Source: Candidatus Omnitrophota bacterium (GTDB lineage Bacteria; Omnitrophota; Gorgyraeia; JAHJTE01). Taken from it: a DNA stretch of 64,000 bases. The translations under genes and the position numbers were made by a program. The stretch covers positions 449,332-513,331 of the forward strand of contig JAHJTE010000001.1 of the NCBI GenBank assembly GCA_018830005.1. The letters are read 5' to 3'. This document shows positions 18,151 to 29,485 of this stretch, piece by piece; position 1 is the first letter of the stretch; every line of letters begins with the position of its first letter. Under the pieces are notes generated by a model, which was given only the letters and a program-made list of their open reading frames with translations, had not been told where the DNA came from and did no database searches.

Positions 18151-21100
18151 ACCCTCTTAAGGTTACTGACGCAATTAAGGAGAGTTATAAGAGATATTTA
18201 ACCACTGCTTTCCGCTTGAGAGATATTAAACTGCGAGATCTTTTCTATAAAGAGGTGGATAAATTTTGGTTCATAAACGGACCGTTGTTGGAAGCCACGC
18301 CTCCATTCAAAACAACCTCTTATCTCAAGGACCTAATCGCAAAAGGGATATTCCGCAGTGAACTCGAATGTTTCGATTTGTATAAGAATCCTCTCTATAC
18401 TCATCAAGAAAAAGCACTCAGGAAGATAATGAAGGGTCGAAACGCGGTTATTGCCTCTGGTACAGGCAGTGGAAAAACCGAGTGCTTTTTACTTCCGATT
18501 TATAATCACCTTATCAAAGAACATAAGGAAGGCAATCTTGGGCCAGGCGTACGCGCCCTTTTACTGTATCCCATGAATGCGTTGGCAAATGACCAGCTAC
18601 GTAGGTTAAGGGGTATAGCAAGGACTTTAGAAGAACAAATGCCGGACATGCAGATAACTTTTGGCAGATATGTTGGCGATACTCCTGAATCCAGAAGAGA
18701 GGCAGAGGAAAAATTGAGGAGCGCAGGCATTGAACCGGTAAAAAGCGAGCTAATATCAAGAGAGGAAATGCGAAAAACGCCGCCAAATATTCTCATCACA
18801 AACTATGCCATGCTGGAATATCTGTTTCTGCGGCCTGCTGATTGCGCATTTTTTGATGGAGAGTATGCAGGACACTGGAAATTTCTCGTTTTGGATGAAG
18901 CGCACATTTACAAAGGAGCATCAGGCATTGAGATGGCAATGCTTATGCGCCGCTTAAAAGACCGTGTTTGTGAAGGCAAAGAAGGCGTTCTGCAATGCAT
19001 TGCCACAAGCGCAACATTGGTAAAAGAGGAAGAGGATTTTGGCAAGGTTGCTGAATTTGCGAAAAACCTTTTTGGCGAGAAGTTTGAATGGAATCCGTCA
19101 GACGCGGAACATCAAGACGTAATAAAAGACGAGAGAATCAAAGTAGAAGTTACAGAGAAAGATTTTTTTGACTATTCCCTAAAGTTATATCCAAGACTTG
19201 ATGAAATAATAAGAACCAAGGCGGAACAGAGCATAATTCTGGGAAAATGTCATGAGATATGCAAAGAGCAGGGTATTTCAGAAGCACTTTTGACCCAGGT
19301 GAAAGAAAAAGCCGGCAGCAATGTTAAAAAATTCCTATACGAAATCTTATCAAAAGACAAAAGACTGCTGAAATTAAAAGAAATTTTGGAAAGAAAGCCA
19401 ACAAATTTTGAAGATTGCGTTAAGCAGGTCATTGACAGCAATGACATTTCAAGCGAGGACCGCCAAGCAATGAAAAGCCTTGTGAATTTGGCTGTTTGGG
19501 TTCGTTTGGAAGAAGAGTCATTGCCTCTCCTGCCTGCGCGCTATCATTTATTTGTGCGCGCTCCTGAGGGTATATTTGCGTCATTCTTTCCAGAGCCAAA
19601 AATTTTTCTTGAACGACGCAAGCAGACAGATGAAGGATATCCGGTTTTTGAATTAGCTTCCTGTCGCAGATGCGGACAGGAATATCTGATAGGCGATATC
19701 ATTAATGAAAAATTAATTCAGTCTTCTGTTAAAGTCAAGATTCCGGAAGAAAGAAAAAGATACTTCCTTTTGTGGCAGCCTTCACTTTTGCTTGAAGAAG
19801 ATGAAGATGAAGAGGTGGCAATCCCAGAAGAAATAGCAGAGAAAGGCAAGACTTGGAAAATATGTGTAAGATGCGGTTCAGTCGGGGAATACGGAGATGA
19901 GCCTAAATGTACGTGTTCTGATAAAAAGGGTGGAACACGGCTCTTAATTGAGATAACCCCTAAAGACAGCATTCTAAACAAATGCTATTTATGCGGCCTG
20001 CGTTCGATTAATATTGTTAGAGAGTTCTTGTTCCAGCAGGATGCTCCTGCAGCGGTTTTAACAACAGCCCTGTTTCAAAAGCTTGAAAAGGAGAAACAAA
20101 AAGAGAAAAAAATATTGGCTTTTTCTGACAGTAGGCAAGACGCAGCATTTTTTGCTCCCTATCTTGACTACACGTATGGACGGATTCTTTTTAGGTGACT
20201 GATTATCGAAGCATTGCGGAAAAACAAATCAATAAAAGATTACAGACTGGAAACTCTTTCCAGGGATATGCTTGAAATCTCCGAGGAAAACTCTCTGATG
20301 GATTTAACTAAGGATGAAAAACAAAAGAAAAGAGAAATCTGGGGACTTATTCTGCGGGATTTTTGTGCCTTGGGTTGGGAGCGCAGAAACTGTCTTGAAG
20401 GAGTTGGCTTGCTATCGTTTTCGCTGATTATGCCAAAGGATTGGAAGCCAATAGAAGAGCTTTTGCAGCCGCCTTGGAATCTTTCTGATGAAGAGGCTAA
20501 GGCACTGTATCAAATACTGTTTAACTCACTTCGAATGAACAGAGCCATAACCTTTCCTAAAGATGCGCCAAGCCCGAAGGATGAAATTTTCGCTCCGAGG
20601 CAGAAAGAATACAAATTTCGTGGCGAGAAATCCGACTCTAAGAAGGGAATATATTCATTCATTCCCGCACAGAGCAGATCAAACTCCAGATTAGAATTTT
20701 TGCATAAACTCTATGAGCGTATATCAGGAAACAAAGGCAATAAAGATGAGTGCAGGAAGCTGTTAAGTAAAATTTGGGATGATTTAACAAAGCACTTGGT
20801 AAATAAAGGTGTTTGTCAGTTCAGTGATTCTAGGTCAGGAGTTGTTTATCAGCTTGACTATAAATACTGGAAAATTATCCAAGAGGATACAGGTGATTCG
20901 TGGTTTATATGTGATAAATGCGGTTTAATCTCGCCAATAAGTATCCATGAGGTATGTCCTACATTTGGATGTGACGGAGCTCTCGAGTCCTTGAAGAATT
21001 CTTCAAAATACCTTGATGTAGAAAATAATCATTATAGGTCTCTTTACAGCAGTCTTGATCTTACAAAAATGAATGTTCACGAGCACACAGCTCAACTGAC

Positions 21101-22949
21101 CCAAAGCTATGCCTCTGTTGTTCAGCAAAGATTTATAGATGGAGATATAAATGTATTGAGTTGCTCTACTACTTTTGAATTAGGCGTGGATCTCGGCGAA
21201 TTGGAAGCCATATTTTTACGCAACGTTCCACCAGAACCATCTAACTATGTTCAGCGTTCAGGCCGGGCAGGTAGAAAACTTGATTCTGTTGGTTTTACGC
21301 TGACCTTTGCACAGCGCAGGTCTCATGATCTTACTTATTTCAAAGACCCAGAGAGGTTAATAGAGGGTAGGATAAAGCCGCCTGCTGTTGAGGTTCGCAA
21401 CGAAAAAATTGTCCGTAGGCACCTTCACTCTATGGTTTTTTCTGATTTCTTCCGAAAGTATCGCAGTTATTTTGGAGTTGTAGATTCCTTTTTTCATCTC
21501 AGCGAGGAAAGCAAAAAGGAAATTTCAGGGGCAGAGAAGCTAAAAGAATATCTCAATAGCAGACCACAAGCTTTATTGCATTCGCTAATGAGAACAATTC
21601 CTGTAAATCTACATGAAACATTTGAGCTGGAAAATTGGGGATGGATAAAAGACTTACTAGACAAGGACGGCTCTTTGGAAATCGCTGATGTTGAAATAAA
21701 TGATGAATTCTTGAAATTGAAAGAATTTTACCAAAAGAGAGGGGAAGAATTGAAACAGATTATAGACTCTGGAGGGAATAAAATAAGAGAAAGCCAGTTA
21801 ACCTCTGACCGCAAATGGGCTGATGATAGAATGAAAACCATTCGAAAGAAAAAACTCATCGGCTTTCTCGCAAGCCACAATGTCATTCCAAAATATGGTT
21901 TCCCTGTTGATGTTGTGGAACTTGCACTACAACATCATATTCGTACGGCCAAGTATATTCAATTAGAACGGGACCTTCGTATAGCAATATCTGAATTCGC
22001 ACCTGGAAGTGCGGTGGTAGCTAATGGGTATGTGTGGAAAAGCGCAGGGCTAAGAGCAGTGAAAGACAGAACATGGCCAATTCGATGGTATGCTGTCTGT
22101 CCTGACTGTAAACGATTCCACATGCAGGAAGGAACCATTGATGATAGACCGCCTTCTTTTAAATGCGAAAGCTGCGGGAAGGAAATAGCAAGAACAGAAA
22201 TACACAAATTTATAGTGCCTATTTTTGGTTTTGTCACGAGCAGAGAAGAAGAACCTCAAAAACCAGGAGAGTCACGGCCAAAGCGGGAGTTTACTACAAG
22301 ACCTTATTTCTTTGGTTACGGCGAACCCGTAAAGGAAAAATTTCAGATTGGAAAACTTACGATTAAATGCCAGTATGCCTCTAATGGAGAACTCGCAGTG
22401 ATATGCAAGGGAAAGAAGGGTTCAGGATTTTCAATATGTTTCAATTGCGGGTTTGCTAGTTCTGATAGGGTAAAAAAACACGACAAAAGTCCGATAGGAG
22501 GAAACTGCTCTGCTACTTTGAAATCAAGGCTTCATCTTGGCCATACCTTCAAAACCGATATCTTAGTGATTGCTTTTGAAAAATTCAAATTTAACGAATC
22601 ATTGAATGAAGAAGGTTTTTGGTTTTCTTTGCTATACGCCTTACTCGAAGGCGCCAGTCAAGCTTTGGGTATTAGCCGTCGAGATCTAGATGGATGTTTG
22701 TATGCTTATGAAGGCAAACCGGCTCTTGTTCTTTTCGATAATGTGCCTGGTGGGGCTGGACACGTCAAAAGAATAATGGAAGACCAAAATCTTTATGAGG
22801 TAATTAAAATAACTAAAAACCGGGTTGAAAATTGTAGCTGCGGCAGGGAAACAAGTTGCTATGGGTGTCTTAGAAACTATCAGAATCAATTCTGCCATGA
22901 CCAGTTGAAAAGAGGCATTGTTCTAGATTTTTTATCACACAACCTATAG
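18141..22949 (+). pseudogene. DEAD/DEAH helicase with C-terminal DUF1998 (DruE-like, ~1600 aa), one in-frame TGA at 20196-20198
   Basis: GTGSGKTE, YPMNALANDQ, DEAH, TSAT, FSDSRQDAA | TTFELGVDLG, QRSGRAGR, FDNVPGGAG, CSC..SCYGCLRNYQNQ; both ORFs in the same frame. Confidence 0.85.
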
Positions 22950-23125
22950 TGTGATGAATAATGGCATAGACGTTTTACGTACCGCAGAGAGACAAAACAT
23001 ATTATGCAAGAAATCCAAAAATTCCGGGGACATAATAGTTAATTATCTTCCGCTTCTAATTTTTGAAAAATAGAAACGGCCCGAATATTACAAAGGAGAA
23101 GCCCATCATAAAGGAAGGAGAATAC

Positions 23126-23500
23126 ATGAATAATTTAGCTAAGATGTCAATTGATGAATTAGAAGAGCTTCTTTCCAAGGTTACTGATCCGACAAGTGCT
23201 TCACCTGCTGAAGCAGTGTTACAATCCAAAAGTATCAGGTTCTTGAGTAGCGAAATCGCTGTTTTTAAAGAAGCGCTATGTTTAGAATCTACGAAAATAC
23301 AAAATTCAAATAGTAATCTTGCAAAGGCACATAGATTCCATTCATGGGCAATAATTATACTAACAAGTCTATTGTTCCTCGCTACTTTGGCACAAGCATA
23401 CATAATCTTTTGGACCTCTAAACCTGAAAGAACAATTGAAAATATCCAAGCACTAAATAAATGGTCGGGAACTATTAAGAATCAAAAGTTGTCGAAATGA
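23126..23500 (+). CDS. Hypothetical membrane-anchored protein
   Basis: AGGAG RBS; one TM segment. Confidence 0.55.
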   Translation: MNNLAKMSIDELEELLSKVTDPTSASPAEAVLQSKSIRFLSSEIAVFKEALCLESTKIQNSNSNLAKAHRFHSWAIIILTSLLFLATLAQAYIIFWTSKPERTIENIQALNKWSGTIKNQKLSK

Positions 23501-23849
23501 CGTCATTGAAGGCTTCAACTTAGGCTGCAGATAGTATTAAAAAATGTGCTTAGGACTTTAATCCTTTGCAAATCAAAAATTTCACCTCGAGCGAAACGAG
23601 GAGTCTAAAAGCTCCAAATGTAAAAAAATAAGTTAAAATATGCCCCCTGGGAAGCATTAGATATTTATAGGAAACCAAAGCCCGAGTTCAAACTCGGGCT
23701 TGTGATTTATACACAACATATTTACTACAACGAGATAATGAGTTCTGGCACCAATTTTTGTGCAATATTAATCCGGCTATGCTAAGATTTTTTTGATATT
23801 CAAAAAAAGTTTTAAAAATTTTATTTTATAAGGGAAAGTACCTTTAAAA

Positions 23850-25379
23850 ATGCCTCTGATATTACTTATAAATCCTAAATTTCGCAAAGACCTTCAACCA
23901 TGTCCTCAAAATATTGCCGCACGCGAACCTTTATCAATTTTAGCATTAGGCAGTTATATAAAGAAAATTGATTTAGAGGTTAAGCTTATTGATGTAGTTT
24001 TATATAAAGAAGAACATATATCGGGATTAATTTCTAATATAATAACAAACGAACCAAAGCCTATCTTGATCGGTTTCTCCGTAATGACTGCTCAGGTCTC
24101 TCATGCGTTACATCTATCTGATCTTGTCAGAAGTATTGATAAATCTATACCTATTGTCTGGGGTGGCGTGCATCCCACGCTCTTTCCTAAAGAGACATCG
24201 TTAGATGGCTCAGTGGATATTGTTGTGCATGGCAGGGGAGAGGCACCTTTATTTACAATATGCGAGCAATTGATGACAAAGGGCAGGATAGCTGGAGACA
24301 TCCCGGGCACCTGTGTTAAAGGAAAATTCAACGCCCCCGAAAAAAATATTGAAATGATAGATTACCCTTATCTTGATTATGAATTACTTGACTTGAAACG
24401 TTATCTTGGGCCGTTTCCTCATTTTCTTTCTGATAAACCCAATAGAGCTCTAAATATTATCTCTGCGCGTGGTTGTCCTTGGCGGTGTGCATTCTGTATT
24501 AATAAAGCCACTGACAATCAATGGACACCCTTAGGTCATGAAAGATATCTTGATGAGCTGTCAATTAACATCAAGAGGTATAATCTGGATGCGTATCGTG
24601 TTATAGATGAAGACTTCTTTTTCAGCAAAGGAAGAGCTTCTGAAATTATAACCGGATTAAAAAAAAGAGAAATTACTAAAGAATGGGGTACTAATATAAA
24701 AGCAAGTTATTTCAGAGATGATTATATTTCTTTAGATTTTGCTAAAAACTTGAAATCCACTGGTTGCAAATTCTTTAATATTGGAGCCGAATCAGGAAAC
24801 CAAAGAATCCTGGATCTGATAACAAAAGATATAACGGTTGAACAAATTATTCATTCGGCAGAAGTTTGCAGCCAAGCAGATATTATTCCTATTTATTCAT
24901 GGATGATAGGCATCCCTACTCAATCCAAAAAAGAAATATTTGACACAATTGAAATAATGATACAGATTTCTCGCATATGCCCCCCAGCCATTCATTACTC
25001 TTTTAGTATTTTTAGACCCTATCCTGGCAGCGGTTTATATGATTTATGTATCAAGAATGGCCTTAGAGTGCCGCGGGCTTTAAGAGATTGGGCTGGGATG
25101 ATAACAGATGAAAATATAGAACACGGCAATGTCCACACCGGATATTACAAAATTGAAAACCTACCCTGGATTAAAGAGGAAAAATTTATTGAATTCCTCG
25201 CTAAATATGCTCATATTATTCCGGGTATACTAAGCAAATCCATAAAAGTAAAAATTAAAGCCAGTCTGGTATATATTGTTGTTACAAAATGGGATGCTTT
25301 ATTGGCTAAGATTATTGTTATTTTGATAGAACTCAGAGCGCAGGTTATTAAAATAATTAGAAGGCCCTTCTCAATATAA
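23850..25379 (+). CDS. B12-binding radical SAM protein
   Basis: WGGVHPT, GRGEA, ARGCPWRCAFC, GAESG. Confidence 0.92.
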   Translation: MPLILLINPKFRKDLQPCPQNIAAREPLSILALGSYIKKIDLEVKLIDVVLYKEEHISGLISNIITNEPKPILIGFSVMTAQVSHALHLSDLVRSIDKSIPIVWGGVHPTLFPKETSLDGSVDIVVHGRGEAPLFTICEQLMTKGRIAGDIPGTCVKGKFNAPEKNIEMIDYPYLDYELLDLKRYLGPFPHFLSDKPNRALNIISARGCPWRCAFCINKATDNQWTPLGHERYLDELSINIKRYNLDAYRVIDEDFFFSKGRASEIITGLKKREITKEWGTNIKASYFRDDYISLDFAKNLKSTGCKFFNIGAESGNQRILDLITKDITVEQIIHSAEVCSQADIIPIYSWMIGIPTQSKKEIFDTIEIMIQISRICPPAIHYSFSIFRPYPGSGLYDLCIKNGLRVPRALRDWAGMITDENIEHGNVHTGYYKIENLPWIKEEKFIEFLAKYAHIIPGILSKSIKVKIKASLVYIVVTKWDALLAKIIVILIELRAQVIKIIRRPFSI

Positions 25380-25405
25380 AAAGCACACTTCCCGTATTGG
25401 ACGAG

Positions 25406-25541
25406 TGGTTCGACTTTGCTCACCATTGCGAGGAAATCACCTCTCTAATGGCAGACATTTCTTAAAAATCGCAATAATTCTGATATAATAAAGCGATGTG
25501 AATAAAGATAGAAGTTCCCTCATTAATTTCGGGAGGAACCC
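25406..25541 (+). repeat. REP-like hairpin + module B copy 6 (25430-25541)
   Basis: TGGTTCGACTTTGCTCACCA; GAGGAAATCACCTCTCT..TATAAT..AGAAGTTCCCTC..GGGAGGAACCC. Confidence 0.75.
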
Positions 25542-25613
25542 AAATCCGACCAAACTGAGATGTTATGCGAGTTTGGTCTTGACATTTAGGGTAGTTCTTT
25601 ATATACTATTCAT

Positions 25614-26834
25614 ATGAGAAATAGATATTTAATCTCGACAATAGACGAAATCTGTTTTCCAATGCACAAAATGGCTTTTGTTTCTGGGCCGCGCCAATGT
25701 GGGAAGACAACATTGGCAAAAATAATGCTCAAGAAGCGTGGAAAGGGCATCTACAACAATTGGGATGATGTAGAGTTTAGAAGAATATGGACAAAGAATC
25801 CTTCAAGCATAATACCCAAAAAGAGTAAGCATGCTCCTATTGTCATTTTTGACGAGATTCATAAAGCAAAGTTGTGGAAAAGAACCCTGAAGGGGATTTA
25901 TGATACCTTAGAACAACCATTAGATATAATCGTTACGGGTAGTGCACGACTGAATGTTTATAAGAAAGGAAGTGATAGTCTTTTAGGGAGATATTATCAT
26001 TTTCGTTTGCATCCTTTTTCGCTTGCAGAAATTGAAAAGAATCCTGTTATTAATCCGGATAATTTTCTCGACCAGGTGTTTTCAAAATCATTAAATTCAA
26101 AAAAGACAACCCAGAAAAATTTAGATGCTTTGATGCGGTTTGGAGGATTTCCGGAGCCATTCTTGGCACAAAATGAACGTCATGCCAGACTGTGGCAAAA
26201 AGGAAGAGTTGAGAAAGTTATAAGAGAAGATTTGAGAGATTTAAGCAGGATTCCAGAATTAAGTCAGATTGAAATGCTTACATCTTTAATACCGGAGAAA
26301 GTGGGTTCTTTTTTAAGTAGGGCTACATTGCGAGAAACTCTTGAAGTTAGTTTCGATACTATTCGAAGGTGGTTGACTTATCTTAAAGAGCTGTATTATA
26401 TATTTGAGCTAAAACCCTATCAAAAATCCATATCCAGAACATTAAAAAAAGAAGGAAAACTTTATCTGTGGGACTATAGTGAGGTTAAGGATATATCTGC
26501 AAGATTTGAGAACATGGTAGCGAGTCACTTGCTAAAGTTTTGTCATTTCTGGACAGATAATGGGACCGGTAATTATGAATTATTTAGTCTTCGTAGCAAA
26601 GATAAGGCAGAAATAGATTTTCTAATATGCAAGGATAATAAGCCCTGGCTGCCCATTGAGGCAAAGCTGAATGATGCGAATCTCTCTGGTAATTGGAAAA
26701 AGTTTATTAATCAGATACCTTGCAATAAAGGGATTCAAATAGTCCATAAGGCAAATTACAGGAAACTTCATAAGTATGGGGAAAAGCAAATTTTGGTTGC
26801 CAGCGCTTCTGATATACTATCCTATTTTGTGTAG
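25614..26834 (+). CDS. AAA+ ATPase with DUF4143 domain
   Basis: GPRQCGKTT, FDEIH, TGSA, GGFPE, FEN, EIDF..IEAK. Confidence 0.9.
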   Translation: MRNRYLISTIDEICFPMHKMAFVSGPRQCGKTTLAKIMLKKRGKGIYNNWDDVEFRRIWTKNPSSIIPKKSKHAPIVIFDEIHKAKLWKRTLKGIYDTLEQPLDIIVTGSARLNVYKKGSDSLLGRYYHFRLHPFSLAEIEKNPVINPDNFLDQVFSKSLNSKKTTQKNLDALMRFGGFPEPFLAQNERHARLWQKGRVEKVIREDLRDLSRIPELSQIEMLTSLIPEKVGSFLSRATLRETLEVSFDTIRRWLTYLKELYYIFELKPYQKSISRTLKKEGKLYLWDYSEVKDISARFENMVASHLLKFCHFWTDNGTGNYELFSLRSKDKAEIDFLICKDNKPWLPIEAKLNDANLSGNWKKFINQIPCNKGIQIVHKANYRKLHKYGEKQILVASASDILSYFV

Positions 26835-26920
26835 GCAGTTATCAGGCAGGTTCTAACTTCGTCTAATCAGCGACCCCAAGTTATTATTTAGACTTAATAA
26901 AAATTTGTAAAGGCATTAAT

Positions 26921-27949
26921 ATGTACCGTGTTAAGAATATTCTTATAGTTCGTACCGATCGTATGGGTGATGTGATTCTAACCATACCTGCTATCCGCGC
27001 GTTAGATCAGACATTTCCTTTAGCAAGGATTTCGTTGTGGGTAGATCAATCGACAAAGGATCTTGTAGAGGGCTTGCCTTTCATTGACGAGGTAATTATT
27101 GAAGATAGGGCTGGTGGCTGGTGGAGTTATTTTCGGCACGTCGCTGCCTTAAGAAGGAAGAAATTTGATCTCGCTATTATCTATCACACAAAAAAACGTA
27201 ATAATATGGCATGTTTCTTGGCCGGCATTCCCCATAGACTTGGATATAAGAATAATAAATTTGGTTTTCTTTTAACCCAGCCCATTGTTGATGATCGTCA
27301 TTTAGGAACGAAGCACGAAGCTGAATATTGTCTGGATCTATTGAAAGCTATTGGCGTAAAAGGTGGGGACTTAGAGCTTCAATTGGCTCTGCATGAAGAC
27401 GCTGAGGTCTGGGCAGAACGGTTTTTTATAGATCATAAACTTGTTGGTAGCCCTGTTATTGCCTTTCATCCTAGCGCAAGTTGTCCTACCAGGTTTTGGC
27501 CGATAGATTTTTACGCGGATTTGGCATCCCGGATTATTAGACAATATAAGGCGTCGATCATTATTGTTGGCGGAAAAACTGCGCAACCAGCAGCCGGTAA
27601 GATAATGGCACATGCTGGGTGCAGGGTGATTGATCTGACAGGGCAGACTTCGCTCTCACAGCTTACGAGTATTTTAAAGAGGTGTCGGATGCTTATTTCG
27701 AATGATTCTGGACCTGTTCATATGGGAGCAGCAGTGGGAATTCCTGTTATTTCTCTTTTTTTACGTTCGCAGCCAGGGATTAATCCTCAGCGCTGGCGCC
27801 CATTGGGTCAAAACAGCATACTTCTTCAGAACAAAAAAGGGGAAGAAATCCTTCTTGATCCCACCTGTAAAGTTGTAAGTGGTAGGTTTGATTCAATTAG
27901 CACCGAAGAAGTCTTCTCAAAAGTTGAAGAAGTCTTCTTAAAATGTTAG
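26921..27949 (+). CDS. Glycosyltransferase family 9 (heptosyltransferase-like)
   Basis: RTDRMGDVILT.P, DLTGQTSL, SNDSGPVH.GAA. Confidence 0.92.
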   Translation: MYRVKNILIVRTDRMGDVILTIPAIRALDQTFPLARISLWVDQSTKDLVEGLPFIDEVIIEDRAGGWWSYFRHVAALRRKKFDLAIIYHTKKRNNMACFLAGIPHRLGYKNNKFGFLLTQPIVDDRHLGTKHEAEYCLDLLKAIGVKGGDLELQLALHEDAEVWAERFFIDHKLVGSPVIAFHPSASCPTRFWPIDFYADLASRIIRQYKASIIIVGGKTAQPAAGKIMAHAGCRVIDLTGQTSLSQLTSILKRCRMLISNDSGPVHMGAAVGIPVISLFLRSQPGINPQRWRPLGQNSILLQNKKGEEILLDPTCKVVSGRFDSISTEEVFSKVEEVFLKC

Positions 27950-27991
27950 TCTTCTATCCTTATAGTCTTCGGAATGTTCGCTTTTTGTATA

Positions 27992-28119
27992 GAGGATAGC
28001 CTGCTATTTTTTCTTTATAACCAGTTGAGCGAATTTTGTTTCTGAAGATGTTGGGAAAAGATATAATTGCTTTTATGAATAAGGAGAGGAATTTCCTCGC
28101 GAAACGTTAGAAGGACCCC
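27992..28119 (+). repeat. Degenerate module B copy 7
   Basis: GAGGATAGCCT..GATATAATTGC..GAGAGGAATTTCCTC..AGAAGGACCCC. Confidence 0.6.
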
Positions 28120-28204
28120 ATTTACCGATTTTATGATATAATTTTAGCCAGATGAAAATTAAGGGTGTCGTCATGCGGGATGGGCCAAGATAAAAGGAGA
28201 TACG

Positions 28205-28360
28205 TTGGCAAGAGATAATTATTCATATAAAAAGTATCAGAAAGAATTGGCCAGGAAAAAGAAGGCAGAGGAAAAGAAACAAAGAAAACTGGATAAAAAA
28301 GCGATGGAGGCCACGCCTGAGTCTGGACAGGTTCCCAATGACCAGGTCGCCTTAGAATAA
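28205..28360 (+). CDS. 51-aa Lys-rich small protein (below ORF cutoff)
   Basis: AAGGAG RBS, TTG start; MARDNYSYKKYQKELARKKKAEEKKQRK. Confidence 0.65.
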   Translation: MARDNYSYKKYQKELARKKKAEEKKQRKLDKKAMEATPESGQVPNDQVALE

Positions 28361-28488
28361 AGAAATACTTGTAATCTTTTTTAAAAGTCCTATAATCATA
28401 ACTCAAGGCTAAATCTTTAGCAGAAATAAAAGACACCCCGCGCTTATTGGAATTGCGCGGGCGTTGTCCTTGTAGACAAGGAGGAAAC

Positions 28489-28650
28489 ATGGGATATCAT
28501 GGTGGTGGTGGATTCGGCGGGCCACGGGAGATGCACAAGGCTGTTTGCTCGGAGTGTAAGAAAGAGTGCGAAGTCCCGTTTAAACCCAGAGATAATCGTC
28601 CGATATACTGCAAGGATTGTTATTCAAAGCGCAAGAATGAAGGTCGTTAA
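28489..28650 (+). CDS. CxxC-x17-CxxC domain protein
   Basis: REMHKAVCSECKKECEVPFKP..RPIYCKDCY; AGGAGG RBS. Confidence 0.9.
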   Translation: MGYHGGGGFGGPREMHKAVCSECKKECEVPFKPRDNRPIYCKDCYSKRKNEGR

Positions 28651-28778
28651 AAGAAGATATTTTGTTAGTCTCTTGTTTCTAGTAGATCCGCAAAGGTAAT
28701 GTTTTAAATCATTTTGTGGCGGTTCTTGCAATAATTTTAGACTTATTTCTCTTACAATTAATGCCTCTAGAAATCAGC

Positions 28779-28889
28779 GAGGAATTCCTTCTCTGGTGCT
28801 CAAAACTCCTAGATATAGTAGGATATTATGTCTAAAATACAACCAGGCAAACAAGAGAGTTTTTCCCTCGGCCCATACGAAAGGGGCCC
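28779..28889 (+). repeat. Module B copy 8 (diverged)
   Basis: GAGGAATTCCTTCTCT..AGAGAGTTTTTCCCTC..GAAAGGGGCCC, same spacing. Confidence 0.7.
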
Positions 28890-28920
28890 TTAAGATATTT
28901 GGAATTACTAAAGGACGAAA

Positions 28921-29184
28921 ATGGATAAGGATAAACTAAAAGAGCTCCTTCATCCCCTATTTAACAAGATAAGCAATATCTGCCTTGCTGCTGGTTCAAA
29001 CAGGGAAATTTTGAAACAGGAAGGCTTGTATAAACTTTCTGATGAAGATTTAGAAGAGAGAATTTCCCATATTATTGATGTGTTAGGCAGTATTGAAGAG
29101 AATGCTAAATCTTTAAATAAGGCTCTAGGAGAGCTTTATGAGTTGTTAGCCAAAGAAGCAACTTTCCAGCCGCCAGAGCCATAA
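28921..29184 (+). CDS. Hypothetical helical protein
   Basis: AAGGA RBS; helical hairpin pattern, weak H-box-like LHPLFN. Confidence 0.55.
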   Translation: MDKDKLKELLHPLFNKISNICLAAGSNREILKQEGLYKLSDEDLEERISHIIDVLGSIEENAKSLNKALGELYELLAKEATFQPPEP

Positions 29185-29299
29185 GAATAGACCGCCACAT
29201 TTAACTTAACCTCTTATTTTACAATAGATTATGTAATTCGCTTTGTAAAATACCTATTCTTGTGTTATACTTATAAGTGGATAAGACTATAAAGTCAGT

Positions 29300-29421
29300 A
29301 AGACGAGAAAGGCAAACCATTTGAAAGAATGGGGCGGGCCGAGTGCCCGGTCCTAAAAGGACCGCAAAACTTCAAGAGCCTAAATCCTTGAAAGTGAGGA
29401 TATGGTAGTCAGTTGCCGAAA
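29300..29421 (+). promoter_or_regulatory. c-di-GMP-I (GEMM) riboswitch-like aptamer with 28-nt insertion
   Basis: GGCAAACCATTT-GAAA-GAATGGGGC[insert]GCAAAAC..GCCTAAA..ATGGTAGTCAGTTGCCGA; followed by terminator and regulator genes. Confidence 0.75.
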
Positions 29422-29437
29422 CAGAACGAAGAAGTTT

Positions 29438-29469
29438 AAGCCTATTCTTTCAAAAGAATAGGCTTTTTT
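29438..29469 (+). terminator. Riboswitch expression-platform terminator
   Basis: AAGCCTATTCTTT-CA-AAAGAATAGGCTTTTTT. Confidence 0.8.
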
Positions 29470-29485
29470 ATTGGGGGTGGCAACA

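Noticed and set aside
20196-20198. Genome-wide TGA recoding
   Set aside because: Many genes end at TGA at the expected length (mscS, tatC, semiSWEET).
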